Shown: positions 49,604-63,161 of the stretch, one piece after another | Layout: the number at the start of each line of letters is the position of its first letter | How positions within the stretch are numbered: the first letter of the stretch is position 1 | Source of the DNA: Octopus sinensis | Taxonomy: Eukaryota | Direction of reading: 5' to 3' | Assembly: GCF_006345805.1 (NCBI RefSeq) | Contig: NC_043013.1 | Location: 16,864,001-16,928,000, forward strand | Length of the DNA: 64,000 bases | Program-made: the position numbers and the translations under genes | The notes under the pieces: model-generated | Database searches by the model: none | The model's input: the letters and a program-made list of their open reading frames with translations, nothing else | What the model was told of the DNA's origin: nothing

Positions 49604-50970
49604 GGAAAGGAAGCAGTTCGTCGGATTGTCCAATTTAATTCCACCCAACACCCAAATGCTGACGTAATGCGCATATCGCCATTTTCTCAGGCGTGAAGAA
49701 TTCGATTCGTTAATGGCGACCATGGGTTTGTTAATAATGTCTCGGCAGAAATTAGCTTAATTCACCACAGTGGACCAACTTGCAATATTAAGTTCATGCA
49801 TAACTGTTTTTAGTGGTTCGTCAATGGACCACCAATACAGAAACTGCAGTATTATACCTAAGGATAGGTGGCTATAAGAGAAAAACGATCCATTTCTAAT
49901 GGAATAGCACTTCGGACTTTGCCGAGCAGTGTACTTCCAAGTATATCCATCTCGGTGCTGCGATAATTTAACAAAGGAACAATTGCGGCCACACTCACAG
50001 GCACGAGCTTGAGCTAAAAGACTATACCTTTTTAACCAGTCAATTGGCCCGTCATGGTCAGTGTATATTCGAAACACGTCTGATAAATGAAATGGAGGAC
50101 ATTGCATGATATCCATGTCAAAATTCAAAAATGAGAAGCTGGACAAAAGAAGATGATGGTTTCAATCAAAAATTTGAAGAGAATAAAAAGCTGGACAACA
50201 GAAGCTGATGATTTCAATTCCAAATTGTTGCAGAATAAACTTTAAAACCGAATAAAATTGTTAATAATTGATCAGTCACTCCTTGCAGAAATACCTAAAC
50301 TCGGACGTGATTATCCTAATATATAACGCCACAAACAGGATTTGTACTGGACTTAGTCCTTCACAAAAATATTGACCACTTAATGAAAATGGTAAATGTT
50401 TTTCAAACTTTCTAAGAACCCCTGCAGTGCCATTATCCGTGCTGAAGAACACCGGACAAATATAAACAGGATTGTTCACAGTCAGAGTTGTACCACACCA
50501 ATAAGAATCCATGTACTTGGGTATTGTCCTCTGGCCAAACTTCACAGACCTTCAGCAAAATGATAAACGGAATATTTGTCTGTGCTGAAGCACACCTTCG
50601 AATGTCTTTTAAAAAATCAAAGAAACTGCTTCCTTTCAGTGTTCCCTGATAATAGCCGGTCCATCGATACCTTGGAGTCCATTATCCAGCAACATGTCCA
50701 CCCAGGTAGCATAATTTTCACCGACAAATGGGCGACATGCCGTACTTTGCAAAATCAAGGTTTCCAGCATTTGACGGTGAACCATTCTATATCATTCGTT
50801 GATGAAGACACAGGAGTCCACACAAATCATGTAGGCGCATGCTAAACGCAAATATCGATAAATTTATGGTACCTCTTCCAAGTTATTCCCCACGTGTTTG
50901 AGTTTATATGATGGAAGAGGTACCCCAGCAGAAAATTTGAACAGCTCCTTCTTCAAATTGCAGAACAAAT
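49604..50970. mobile_element. Merlin / IS1595-ISXO2-like transposase pseudogene split by an inversion
   Basis: Minus 50146 to 49604: CECG...W...SIRNGSFFSYSHLSL...TVVN*ANFCRDI...VAINES...WVLGGI...NCFLS. Plus 50624 to ~50970: [36 protein letters not shown]...[18 protein letters not shown]...HAKRKY...YGTS...EFI*WKR...FEQLLLQIAEQ. Confidence 0.9.
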
Positions 50971-51998
50971 CACATTTTTTTAAAAATCATACATAACATA
51001 CACTAGATATTTTTTCGTTTGTTGCAAAACTTTTTAGTTTTCATTTTGTAGAAATAGTTGAAGAGAAAGAATCTCAAATTTATTTTTACAATGGATGATT
51101 GACCAATTACCCTGGAATTAAAGGCTCACACACATATAAATATATATATATCTTGGTACTTGCAAACTTCCATTATTTCTCTGAGGCAGCAAAAACTGAG
51201 GATTAGTAAGAAATGTTCTTAAATGTAAGTGTTCTTAAATGTAAATTTTGAATTTAGCTTTTGTTATAAATGCACATGCCTTTTCTTTCTTCTGTCAATA
51301 TTTTTCGTCATTTTGTAGTCATTCCAATTCGTCAAACATTTGAAATTACTTTGGGGAGTGTACTTTTCTTTCAGGACATTTTTCCTCAACTTCAACTCGA
51401 TTGTAATTGAAGTTTCAGATCAAATATTTGGATAATTTTTGGTGTTTAACAATTACTATCCTTCTCTCTGTTGCATTCCATGTCAATTTTCCCCCCACAC
51501 TAATGTCTAATTTGATAATTTTCCATTTTCAGAAAATTGTTTAAATTGGGGCAAAATGAGTAATGACTAATTTCAGTTTTGGCAGAGTTTTGGTTCAGAA
51601 ATCTTCCCTTTTTGGCGGTGTTTTTTCGAATTTCTTTTTCACCAGAGTCTAACTTTTTCTCACCTCCCTCCTTTCTCCTCTTTACTCCCAACCGGGGCCT
51701 TTTTTTATATTTTTTCCTGTAGTAAGCACTTAAAAACGATGGGCGAAGACTCTACAGTTAAAAAATATATTATATTTTCAGAAGAAAAGGTGCGTGATAT
51801 AAAGGAAAACCGAGAGGGCTTCTCTCGTGGTTTTTAAGTTCGTGGGGCTGAGGGGAAAAAAATAATTTTATAACATGTCCCCCACGACCACCACATAACC
51901 TGGAACGCTTGAGTGAAGAATAAAATAAGAAAAATCCGTCATTAAGACGGAGAGTTAAATAAAAAGCATAAAGGGGTGACATGCTTATTCTGTGTCCT

Positions 51999-52049
<51 letters not shown>

Positions 52050-52052
<3 letters not shown>

Positions 52053-52890
52053 ATATATATGTTGTTAAAAAAGTTTAAACGAGGAATTATTCCATTCAAT
52101 ATCTGTTAGAAACGTTTAGACATTTGGCTGCTATTTCTGGCAATAGCGAGCTTTCTGGTGACGCACAAAGCAGAGAAAATGAAGCAGGTGTGGACGAGTT
52201 GTTTCAAAAGGCACTCGAAAGATGCTCGGGAATAACAACCAATTGTTTCCCCCCAGAGTTCTTGTGTTCTCGGAGTCTGCATGGTCCGAGGTATATTTGT
52301 GGAAAATTTCATTAAAAACTATCTATTTTCTTGAGGGTTGGGACGAGTTGGGGTGGGCGCCGATGGGTTTTCTGAGGTTCCCCACCCACCCCTCCTAAAA
52401 TACTTTCCCCCAGAAGTTTTGTATTTTCGGAATCTACATGATATGGCAAATATTCGTAGAAAATTTCATTAAAATATATCCATTTTTCTGAAAGTTATGA
52501 TCATCCAAAGTCAGTGGGGGGCAGGAATTTGTAGTTATGCCATATCATGTAGATTCCGAATATGCAAAATTCGGAGAAGGTGTTTTGGGAGTTGGGATGG
52601 GAAGTTTCGGAGGGTTCGCCAGAGTCCGCTTCGATTCATCTTGACTTTCAAGAAAATGGATATTTCTCTACAAATGTACCTCGGACTGTGTGGGTTCTGG
52701 GGACGTAGGGATTTTAGGGGAGAATAGTTGAGGACTAATTTTGAGAGCTGTTCCCCGCTTGCGGGTGTTTCTGAGCAAGTCGTCCGTGTTAGTTACATTT
52801 TCTCCGTTTGTGCGTCCGTGGATTTCTCCTGAAGCAGCAAACAGACAATGAAGGCAAATGAGGCCCTCACCGGGAAGCTCGTTGTGCTGG
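52050..52890. repeat. CpG-rich unclassified non-autonomous element with an internal perfect 23-bp inverted repeat
   Basis: TTCGGAATCTACATGATATGGCA (52426-52448) and its reverse complement (52538-52560); AAAATTTCATTAAAA occurs twice. Confidence 0.45.
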
Positions 52891-53024
52891 GGTTAACAGC
52901 TAAATGTATGGTACACAGAAATATGTTATTAAGACGACTTATCTTTAGAAATAAAACAGGTAGGAATATTTTGGCTGAATATGACCAGTTTAAATGCTAA
53001 AGGGAGATTTATGTATATATTCTT

Positions 53025-53445
53025 TTTTATTCTTTTACTTGTTTCAGTCATTGAACTGCAGCCATGCTGGAGCACTGTCTTGAAGGGTGAGTCGAACAAA
53101 TCAATCCCAGGACATTTTTTTTAAGCCTAGTACTTATGTTGTCAGTCTCTTTTGCCGAACTGCTAAGTTACAGGGACGTAAACACCCCAGTACCAGTTGT
53201 CAAGTGGTGATGGAGATACAAACACAGACACAAAGACACATATACATAGACATATACATATATATGTGTGTGTGTGTGTGTGTGTGTATGACAGGCTTCT
53301 TTCAGTTTCCATCTACCCAATGCACTCACAAGGCTTAGGTCAGCCCAAGGCTATATAGTAGAAGACACTTGCCCAAGGTGCCATGCAGTGGGACTGAATC
53401 TGAAATCATGTGGTTGGGAAGCAAGCTTCTTGCCACACAGCCACG
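53025..53445 (-). mobile_element. Family-B SINE
   Basis: Full head-to-tail match to family B on the minus strand. Confidence 0.85.
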
Positions 53446-53459
53446 CCTGCAGAGTTTGA

Positions 53460-54245
53460 CCACCTCCTACACCTTAGAACCAGCATGGCATCTGATGTGG
53501 CTTTTTAAACCAGACAATGTTCTGAAAAGACACCCACATAGATTGCACATCTGATATGGACCACCAAGAGCTGCAGTTAAGTTTTGATCTTTGTGGATCT
53601 TAAAATGTCTTTTGAAGCCTCCGTTAGATTTGCAGACCTTCTGGCATACATTGCATTGAAAGGTGTGCACAGACATATAAACAAAATCGTTGGTGGAGGT
53701 TCGTTTTCCATGGGTTCATAACAAGTCCGTGTTTCACAAGAATACAACAGGGATGGTAAGACAAATGATTTGTAAAGTGCTGTTTTGTACTCTTATTTAT
53801 ATGTCACTGGCACTAAACATGTGACTCCAAGCCACCAAATGCTTTTGCTGCCCTTTGAATTTACAGATGTACTTCTATATCAAGATTTCCATCATTTTGT
53901 ACAGAGCTTCTAAGGTAGATGAACAAATCGACAACCTCAAGTAACTTACCCTCAACAAAAGTTTTAGTGGGGTTACAAACAGCACCACATGCAGGTTGAT
54001 GCATTACAACTGTTTTTTTTTCAAGTTGATGGTCATGCCAAAATCATCACAAGCTGAGTCAAATGCAGATATGAGACTGCAGTCCTGTTTCAGAATGACT
54101 GACAAGATCACAATTGTCAGCGTATAAAAGTTCCCTAATGAGTGAAGTAAAAGCCTTTGTTTTGAATTTCAGCCTGGTCAGATTAAAAACATTACTTGTT
54201 GTTCAAAATTTTATGTAACTACCCTCCTTGGAGTTTTGAAAACCA
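53460..54245 (-). mobile_element. RTE/BovB-like LINE 3' fragment: RT end plus two C2H2 zinc fingers
   Basis: RELLYADNCDL, FGMTINLKKT, FIYL, LYKSFVLPSLLYSCET, HQRFCL, then a deletion to CNVCQKVCKSNGGFKRHFKIH and CNLCGCLFRTLSGLKSHIRCH (ORF 53467-53676). Confidence 0.85.
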
Positions 54246-54273
54246 TGTGATCAGACCATGTGTGTGTGTGTGT

Positions 54274-54660
54274 GGATGCACAATGGCCCAGTGGTTAGAG
54301 TAGCAGACTCATGGTTGTAGGATCATGGTTTCGATTCCCAGACCAGGCGCTGTGAGTGTTCTTTATTGAGCGAAAAAACCTAAAGCTCCATGAGCCTCCG
54401 GCATGGGGTGGTGGCGAACCCTGCTGTACTCTTTCACCACAACTTTCTCTCACCCTTTCTTCCTGTTTCTGTTGTACCTGTATTCCAAAGGGCCAGCCTT
54501 GTCACACTCTGTGTCATGCTGAATCACCCCAAGGACTATGTTAAGGGTACACGTGTCTGTGGAGTGCTCAGCCACTTATACGTTAATTTTATGAGCAGGC
54601 TGTTCCGTTGATTGGATCAGCTGGAACTCTTATCATTGCAACTGACGGAGTGCCACAATA
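54274..54660 (+). mobile_element. Family-C SINE
   Basis: Colinear with the reverse complement of 12885-13266. Confidence 0.88.
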
Positions 54661-54682
54661 TATATGTATGTATGTATATATA

Positions 54683-54775
<93 letters not shown>

Positions 54776-55717
54776 AGGTGAAGAAAGAGATGGGGGCAGC
54801 AGAAATCTAATTTGGTTTCTCTAGGAGATAATCTGTTTATTTCCCAGAAACTAAGCGGAACTGAGATTGTTAGAACAAATAGATCGTTAAATTCACAAGA
54901 CTTGTTACTTCAATGATCTTTACTTTTGACATTGTCACGGTTGTTATTATTATTGCTGTTTTTGTTGTTGTTTTTGTTATGTTGTTACTGTAGCTGTTGT
55001 TGTTGTTATTGCTGCTGTTTTTTGTTGCTGGCATTGTTGTTATTGTTGTTGTCTCTGTTTGCTGCTCTTTTAGATACCATTTCTGTGTTTTATCTGAGAT
55101 CTTAGAACAAAGGAAAAACATTTGAAGCGCAACATATGTTAATTGAGGTGTGAAAAAAAAAAGTTATTTCCTTTACTAATAAATAACCTTAATAATATAA
55201 AGTCTTTAATTTAGAAACAAGGCCAGCAATTTTTTGAGGGAAGAGATTAGTCAATATCAATAGCCATAATATTTGACAGGTACTTTATGAAAGAATGAAG
55301 GCCAAAGATGGCCTAGGCAAGATTTGAACTCAGAATGTAAAAAGTTAAAAGAAATATCACAAACACTTTTTAACAAAAGCTCTATCGATTTTGCCAACTC
55401 ACCACCTTTATGATTCATTGAAATTTGGGCAAAAATGGAACAGTTTTGTGACGAGGGCTTAGTCAATTAATAACATTGACCCAAATATACGTCCCCTACT
55501 TTATTTTAGTCACTTCAATAAGATGAAAAGCAAAGTCGACCACAGCAGGTTTTGAACTTTGAAAGTATGAGTCAGTAACTAAATACCACAAGGCATTTTC
55601 TCCAATGCTCTAATCATTATATCTATCCAATGCTTCAATGAGTGGTGTACCTAGAACAGCTCTTGAGTTTGCTGCCACACCGCACACACACACACCAGGC
55701 TAATAAAGCCTATAGAG

Positions 55718-56369
55718 TGGTAGTTTCCAACCATTTTTTGATTATGGACCCCTTTGATTCCTATTCTACTCTACTGGACCCCTATAGATATTTGATGCAT
55801 ATTTAAAAAATCATACTGTATTTTTATAATTAAATATTATAAGGAATTGTATAAAATAAATTGTTAAAAGATTTTATATATTACTTGTTTCGGTCATTTG
55901 ACAGTGGCCATGCTGGAGAACCGCCTTTAGTCAAGCAAATCGACCCCAGGACTTATTCTTTGAAAGCTTAGTACTTATTCTATTGGTCTCTTTTGCCAAA
56001 CCGCTAAGTTACAGGAGCGTAAACACACCAGCATCTGTTATCAAGTGATGTTGGAGGGACAAACACAGACACACAAACATATACAGACACACACACACAT
56101 ATATATACATACATACGATGGGCTTCTTTCACTTTCCGTCTACTAAATCCACTCACAAGGCTTTGATTGGCCCGAGGCTATAGTAGAAGACACTTGCCCA
56201 AGGTGCCACGCAGTGAGACTGAACCCGGAACCATGTGGTTGGTAAGCAAGCTACTTACCACCACAGCCACTCCTATGCCTGAAAGTATAAACAATTTATT
56301 GCACATAAATTTTAACAAAATCTTGTATGGATCCCCAAGGGTCATATGGACCCAGGTAGAGAAACACTG
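55718..56369. mobile_element. hAT-like MITE with 8-bp TSD, carrying a family-B SINE (~55882-56278, minus)
   Basis: Ends TGGTAGTTTCCAACC and GGTAGAGAAACACTG; TSD CTATAGAG at 55710-55717 and 56370-56377. Confidence 0.65.
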
Positions 56370-57439
56370 CTATAGAGGCTTTCGCCACATACCCAGAAGT
56401 GATGCCACCATTAAAGTACCATCCAATCACCCAGAACAAACCACCATCCCTTCCATCTCCAACCTAGTTATGCTAGGCGGCGGCGGCGGTGGTGGCAGCA
56501 GCAGGGACAATGGTGGCAATGAAGACAAGAATGACAGCCACGGTAGCAGTGATGATGATGCTGATAACAACAATGAGGATAATGATGATAATGATGATCC
56601 GCTCACATGTGCTCACACACGTACCATGTTCACACATACACACATATACATACACATACTTGTACATACACACACAATCACACACAGACATACATTCAAG
56701 CACACAGACATACACACACATATACACACACATACAAAACACATACACACACCCATACAAACACACACATATGCACAAACATGCACACGTACATACACAC
56801 ATACACTCATATAACACACAAACTTACATACACATACATACACACATGTAGACACACAAACATGTACACATATACACACAAATACAAAAATACATACATG
56901 TATATATACACATATACATACACACATTCACACACGCACAAGCACACACATGCACACACATCTATACGCATACACGTTTTGTATAAAAACGATGTAATTG
57001 AAAAAGATACACATTTCATTCATTTCTCTATTTCTATCGATTCCACAAGAATTTTTGTTGTTTTTTGGGGGTTTTTTTTCAAATTAAAAGCATCAATAAA
57101 TCAATCACTATAGAAAACATTGACAGAACCAGGAACTGGGGAGTCAATTTATATTTAGGTGAATGGGGGAATATTTGACCAGCTGGGGTTTAGCTTACTT
57201 GATTGTATTTTTCTTTCTTTCTTTTTTTCCTTCTTTTGAGATAACCATCATTGTTATAGGTAACAGTGGCATCCTCACCATAATCACAACCACCACCACC
57301 ATCATTGTTGTCATCATCACCACAACTACTATCACTAACATCTTTAACACCAACAACACCCTATCATTTCCACTGCCACCACAACCATAGCCATATACCA
57401 GCATTGCCACCACCCTATCATAAATTTCCGTAGCCACCA

Positions 57440-57890
57440 CAACCACAGTCATCATCATCATCACCACCACCAACACCACTACCACCATCATCATCATCAT
57501 CATTACAACCATCACCACCAACAACAACACCATCATCATCATCATCATCATTATAACCATCACCACCATCATCAACACCAACACCACTACCATCATCATC
57601 ATCATTACAACCATCACCACCACCAACACCACCACCAACAACAACACCACCACTACCATCATCATCATCATCATCATTACAACCATCACCACCACCAACA
57701 CCACCACCACCAACAACAACAACACCACCACCACCATCATCATCATCATTACAACCATCACCACCACCAACAACAACACTACCACCGACAACAACAACAC
57801 CACCATCATCATCATCATTACAACCATCACCACCACCAACAACAGCACCATCATCATCATCATCATCATTACAACCATCATCACCACCAT
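57440..57890. repeat. Trinucleotide-derived higher-order repeat (~50-60-bp units)
   Basis: CATTA(C/T)AACCATCAC recurs seven times among CAT/CAC/CAA triplets. Confidence 0.88.
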
Positions 57891-58144
57891 TGCAAGAAAG
57901 AAAAAGAAGAAGGCTTTCTAACTTTGACAGAAGACCACACATTTTTAAGGAAGAGGTTTGACATCAACTCTAGAATGAATAACAAAGTTGAAATTAATGA
58001 AATTTGAACTTGGAGCATAAATTCTTATAATGGAGCTCAGGTAAATATATCTAAATAAGTAACTGAAACATTGCTAGCCCGTCTTCTCATCATTTTCATA
58101 CTCTCATACACTCCCACTAAGCAATTCTTGCATGTGAGTACCAT

Positions 58145-58910
58145 AGTAGCTGCTCAGGATCAATCTATTATACCAAATGCCAAGAGTAGGCATGTGTTTG
58201 GAGAAGCAACATCACCTATGTAGACTATGTGGTGTTTAGAATGAAATGATGGCCCTTTTTAGTTTCTGAATGTCTGATGCTTACACAGAGAGAGTACAAG
58301 AAGTGCTGACATGATCAAGTTACTAGGGTTATGCCTTAGAAACTCTGCTAGAAATGGGGGTTTGAGTATTGGAAAATGTGACATGAGCACCAACCTGATG
58401 GAATATTTGAAGTAGAGGGCTGTCACGACTAGCTGGATAAAAGCTTGGAGCAAAACAAATCTGACATCATGGTTATTGATAAAATTCATTCAAGGTATCT
58501 CATCATTGCTCCATTATGTCTGTTCAATACACAAATAGAAAGTAAAGAAGCAGAACAGTTGACAAATAATAACAATTTTAAGTATGAAATTATTAGGATT
58601 TGGAAAATGAAGAAGGTAACTGTCATACCAAGAGGCTGTGTGGTAAGTAACTTGCTTACCAACCACATGGTTCTGGGTTCATTCCCACTGCATGGCACCT
58701 TGGGCAAGTGTCTTCTACTATAGCCTCAGGCCGACCAAAGTGGATTGAGAGACAGAGCTATTGCAAAGAGTTTGCTTATTGGGAACAGCAAAAATATTAC
58801 AAAGTGCCCTTGATGATCTGAATGACTAAAAGGAATGGAAAAGGATTGGAGAAGGCTACTTTACACCTAAGGCTACCAGCTGTAGCCTGCCACTGCAGCA
58901 GAAAAGTGAC
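58145..58910 (+). mobile_element. R4/Dong-like LINE 3' end (zinc knuckle plus REL endonuclease), interrupted by a family-B SINE (~58627-58741)
   Basis: AAQDQSI, (C)RLCG..E...VSEC..L.QREYK..HDQV, HEHQP, NKSDIMVID, KYEIIRIWKMKKVTVIP, then SINE, then LQRVCLLGTAKILQSAL. Confidence 0.8.
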
Positions 58911-59337
58911 CAGGTTATAAGAAACCTCCTGAGTAAAAAAGCAAAAAGAATAAGAACAATGATGATGATTTCTTTTATTAGCCACAAAGGCCCAAAACAT
59001 AAAGGGCAATATCAAAGCATGAGATTCAACAACCAAACAGATGGGGTTTAGATCGATGCATGGACACTAAACAATTGCATCCATCACCTTTCCGTCCCCC
59101 TACATGCATCTTGGACAGGTTCGGCCTGAAATTTTGTGGGAGAGGGGAAGTCAATTATATCGATCCCAGTGCTCAACTGGTACTTATTTTATTGATCTCA
59201 AAAGGATGAATGGTAAAGTCAACCTTGGCAAAACTTGAACGAAGAACATAAATCTGGAGAAAATGCTACTAAGCCTTTTGTCTGGCATACTAATGATTCT
59301 GCTGGCTTAATACCTTGAAACAATAATAATAATAATA

Positions 59338-59880
59338 AATGCCCTGGTGCAGTACCAGGCAGTGGCTCTCATGGCTTCTGATCTTAACTGATTGGAAGTG
59401 TTATCATGTACATTGTTTTGTCTTGGTATAAAAGTTGGGCTACAGCAAATATTCTGCTCAATACCACAGATTTGCTTGTCAGTTGTTTGACCGTAACCAG
59501 TTGAGCATGGCTGATGATATGTGCATCTCTGTTCATGAGCAGAAGTTGTGGGGCAGCATCATAGCTGTGTGTTGAAAGGAATTCTTGGAGGTTTGGATAA
59601 TTCACCTTTGGAAACATGGGTGGTTCGTTCAACATCCTTAAACAATCCTTATTCAGGGACCTTTTGAGCTGGACGGGCTACTCGACCAGAAGAAAATTCT
59701 AACTGGGCCCCACCTGCAAGGTCATGTGCTTATTTTGATATGAGATCATCATGTCGTGCACATATGGTTGTGATGCATGTGCCTTGTGTACCCTTATCAG
59801 ACGGGTAGTCATGATGGGTATACTGGGCTTCATATATTTTACCCCAGTGTTACTTTGATGGCATGCACTGCTCTCTCACT
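59338..59880 (-). repeat. Family-D repeat, full length
   Basis: Reverse complement of 8173-8628 and 40950-41412; (TAA)n on both sides. Confidence 0.88.
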
Positions 59881-60637
59881 CAATAATAATAATAATGATA
59901 ATAATGATAATGATAATAACATGAACAATGATAATAAATTCAACAATAAAGAGAATTCTAACAGTAATAACAAAAATAACAACAACAACAATAATACCAA
60001 CAACAATGACAGCAATGATTACAACTACAAAACCAACAATCATTGACAATAATAACATTAAAGTTTCAATTAAGAAACAAATTTAAAGTTTCAATTTATT
60101 CAATTTAATTTCATAATTATTCAATATTGGAAAACATGAAAAAAAAGAATAAAACATAAAAATACAAAGTCAAAAAGAGAAAGAAATATATAAAATTAAA
60201 AAATTCAGAATGCAATAAAAGGATATTTCAAGTTTCATTCAGCTGTAAAGAGTCTCAAAAATTAACAATAAACTAAGCTGGCCACCCGAAAGTAAATAAT
60301 CCACCCCGCAAAAAACATAGAATAACATAACACAGTGTATTAAATTATGAATAATAAGAATGGCAAATCGAAAGTAGAATTTAAAAAATGAAAATGTAAT
60401 TTCAACAAAAAGTATTTTGTTTATTTTTTTTTTTAATTTAAAACAAAAATAGTTGGTTTTTTTTAGAAAATAGAAATATTGGAGATAAATATTTATTTAT
60501 TTTTTTTAATGATGGAAGAGTTTCACATTGACATTTGACTTGGAGAATAATTGGTGTGTATGCATGTGTGTGTGTGTGTGTGCATGCATGTGTGTGTCTG
60601 TATTATGTATCTGTCTGTCTGTCTGTCTGTCTGTGTG

Positions 60638-60680
<43 letters not shown>

Positions 60681-61139
60681 TTCAGAATATATATAAGCAT
60701 TCAGAATAATTTTTCCATCGTCTTGGCTTAACAGCCCTCACCGTTTGTTTTTACTGCTTTGTTTTCACTGTCCTGTTCTTGTTACCACTTTCCCCCTCCT
60801 CAAAAAATCCCAAATTATATTTAATTTGCTTTGCGGGAAGGACTGTTTCAATGAAGTCGCATACTGTCCTTGCCTTCGAAACGTGGAGTAGATGAAACAG
60901 GGACAACTGAAGAAGGAGAATATTCTTTATGTTGTATGTCTTGTTTCTCTGTTTGTTTGTTTTTTTGTTGTCCAAAAAATATTTCGTTTCTATGTTTTTG
61001 TTTTTCTGTTTTCGTTTCTCATTGTGTTCAATGTTCTTTTGATGTCCTGTACCCATACATGCATGTATATATACATATACAGTATATGTAGGTATGTACA
61101 TATATGTATGTATATATGCATATATATATTACATTATAT

Positions 61140-61885
61140 TGTCATGTAATAATCTCTGATGTCAAACTGGATAAAATGGCATTCGTTTTTGCTTGGAATC
61201 TTTTAAACCGATATATTATTTTGTATATGTTTCTCCAAAGAGGTAATAGCGACTTTTGTTTTCATTTTTGGTGAGAAGTTTCTACAATTTTTTTATAAAT
61301 AATGCCTATATCCAGTTTTGAAGGATTTACGTCTGATGGATGTGTTGCTATTGAAATTTGGTTTGTGGTCTTTCATTGTAATATATAGGCATTTTCATTT
61401 TAATGTGTCTACTCTATTATCTATTTTAAGTCTAGTGGTGGTTTCTTTGGCTGTAGTTTTTATATCATTTAAAGCTGCAAATTTTATTTTTCATATGTGT
61501 TGGAGATTCAGTTAGAAAGAAAACAGTTATATGTAGTTTGACTTATCTGGTAGAGGTTGTTTGTCTTGTCCAGTTTTACAAATATATGTTTAAATGTGGT
61601 TGATTTTCTGCTTCAGTGCTTTCTGCAGTTCATTGGTTCACTTGTTGAATTTTATTCCCTTGATAATTGTGAATAGGTCATCTCTGAAGGGTTGTAGCAA
61701 TGGGTTGGGAGAGGTGAGCATTTGACCATCTTAAATCCATAGCTGTTGGTGGGCTGTCTTCCTCGTCTTTTTCATAACGATAGATTTCCCATCTGAGTCT
61801 TTTGATAAAGTTTCCTGTTTTTCGTAGTAGTGTTTTCAGGTAATGCTTTTAGTTGGTATTGATATGTTTTTCATAGAGAAGTGTA
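61140..61885 (-). mobile_element. Penelope-like element N-terminal/RT fragment
   Basis: Minus translation FSMKNISIP...FIKRLRW...YGFK...FRDDLFTIIKGIKF...RLKIDNRV...ITMKDHKPNF...FIQFDIRDYY with stops and frameshifts. Confidence 0.82.
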
Positions 61886-62097
61886 TTGGATGTTGCTGCA
61901 TATACAAATATGTACATGTGTATACATGAATGTATCTAATATTCTACTCATATACATATGCATATATGTATGTATAATCTATGTAATATATATACATATA
62001 TATATATATATAATATATATATATATATTATATATATATATATACATACCTACCTACCTACATACATACATATATACACAATGTATTATATATATAT

Positions 62098-62181
<84 letters not shown>

Positions 62182-62633
62182 ATTTGTACGCACACACACA
62201 CACACACACACATACATATATAATATTTTGAGGGTTACTTTCATTTGTTTACACACTCATATATATATATGTGTGTGTGTGTGTGTATGTGTGTGTACAC
62301 ATTTGCATGTATTTGTATGTGTACAAATATACATACATATGTGTGTGTTTGTGTGTGTGTGTATCTTTGCACATGTACATACATATATTCATCTGTGTAT
62401 TCACATATCTGTGTGCGTGTATGTGTACATGCATCTATGAATGTATTAAAACGCATCTCTGTTATGAAGACACTACAAAGAACTTAGTCCAGTGATTTAT
62501 TATTTTATGGTACTGACACAGCCAGAAATCGTTGAGGTCAGACACCATCATTAGAATCTCCATAATAAGTATAAAGTTGTAAATACAGCTTTGATGATCA
62601 CTGGTGAAGCTGTTTACCTATCAATATATATAC

Positions 62634-62672
<39 letters not shown>

Positions 62673-62692
62673 ATTGCATGTATGTGTGTGTG

Positions 62693-62741
<49 letters not shown>

Positions 62742-62744
62742 TTT

Positions 62745-63112
62745 ACCTCTTACTCATTTCAGTTATTGGACTGTGGCCATGCTGGGGCACTGCTTATATA
62801 TGTATATATATATACATACATACATATATATTTTTTATTCTTACTTGTTTCGGTCATTTGACTGCAGCCATGCTGGAGCACCGCCTTGGAGGATTTTCGC
62901 TGAACAAATCAATCCACAACTTTTTAAGCCTAGTACTTGTTTTATTAGTCTCTTTTGCTGAACCACTAAGTTACAGGGAGGTAAACACATCAACACTGGT
63001 TGTCAAGTGGTGATGGGGAGACAAACACATACATAGATACACATACACACAAACACACACATATATTTGGTAGACAGAAACTGAAAAAAGCCCATTGTAT
63101 ACATGTGTGTGT

Positions 63113-63161
<49 letters not shown>

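Noticed and set aside
60840-60930. Hammerhead-like pieces (ATGAAG...CTTCGAAACGT; CTGAAGA)
   Set aside because: Core incomplete and stems inconsistent.
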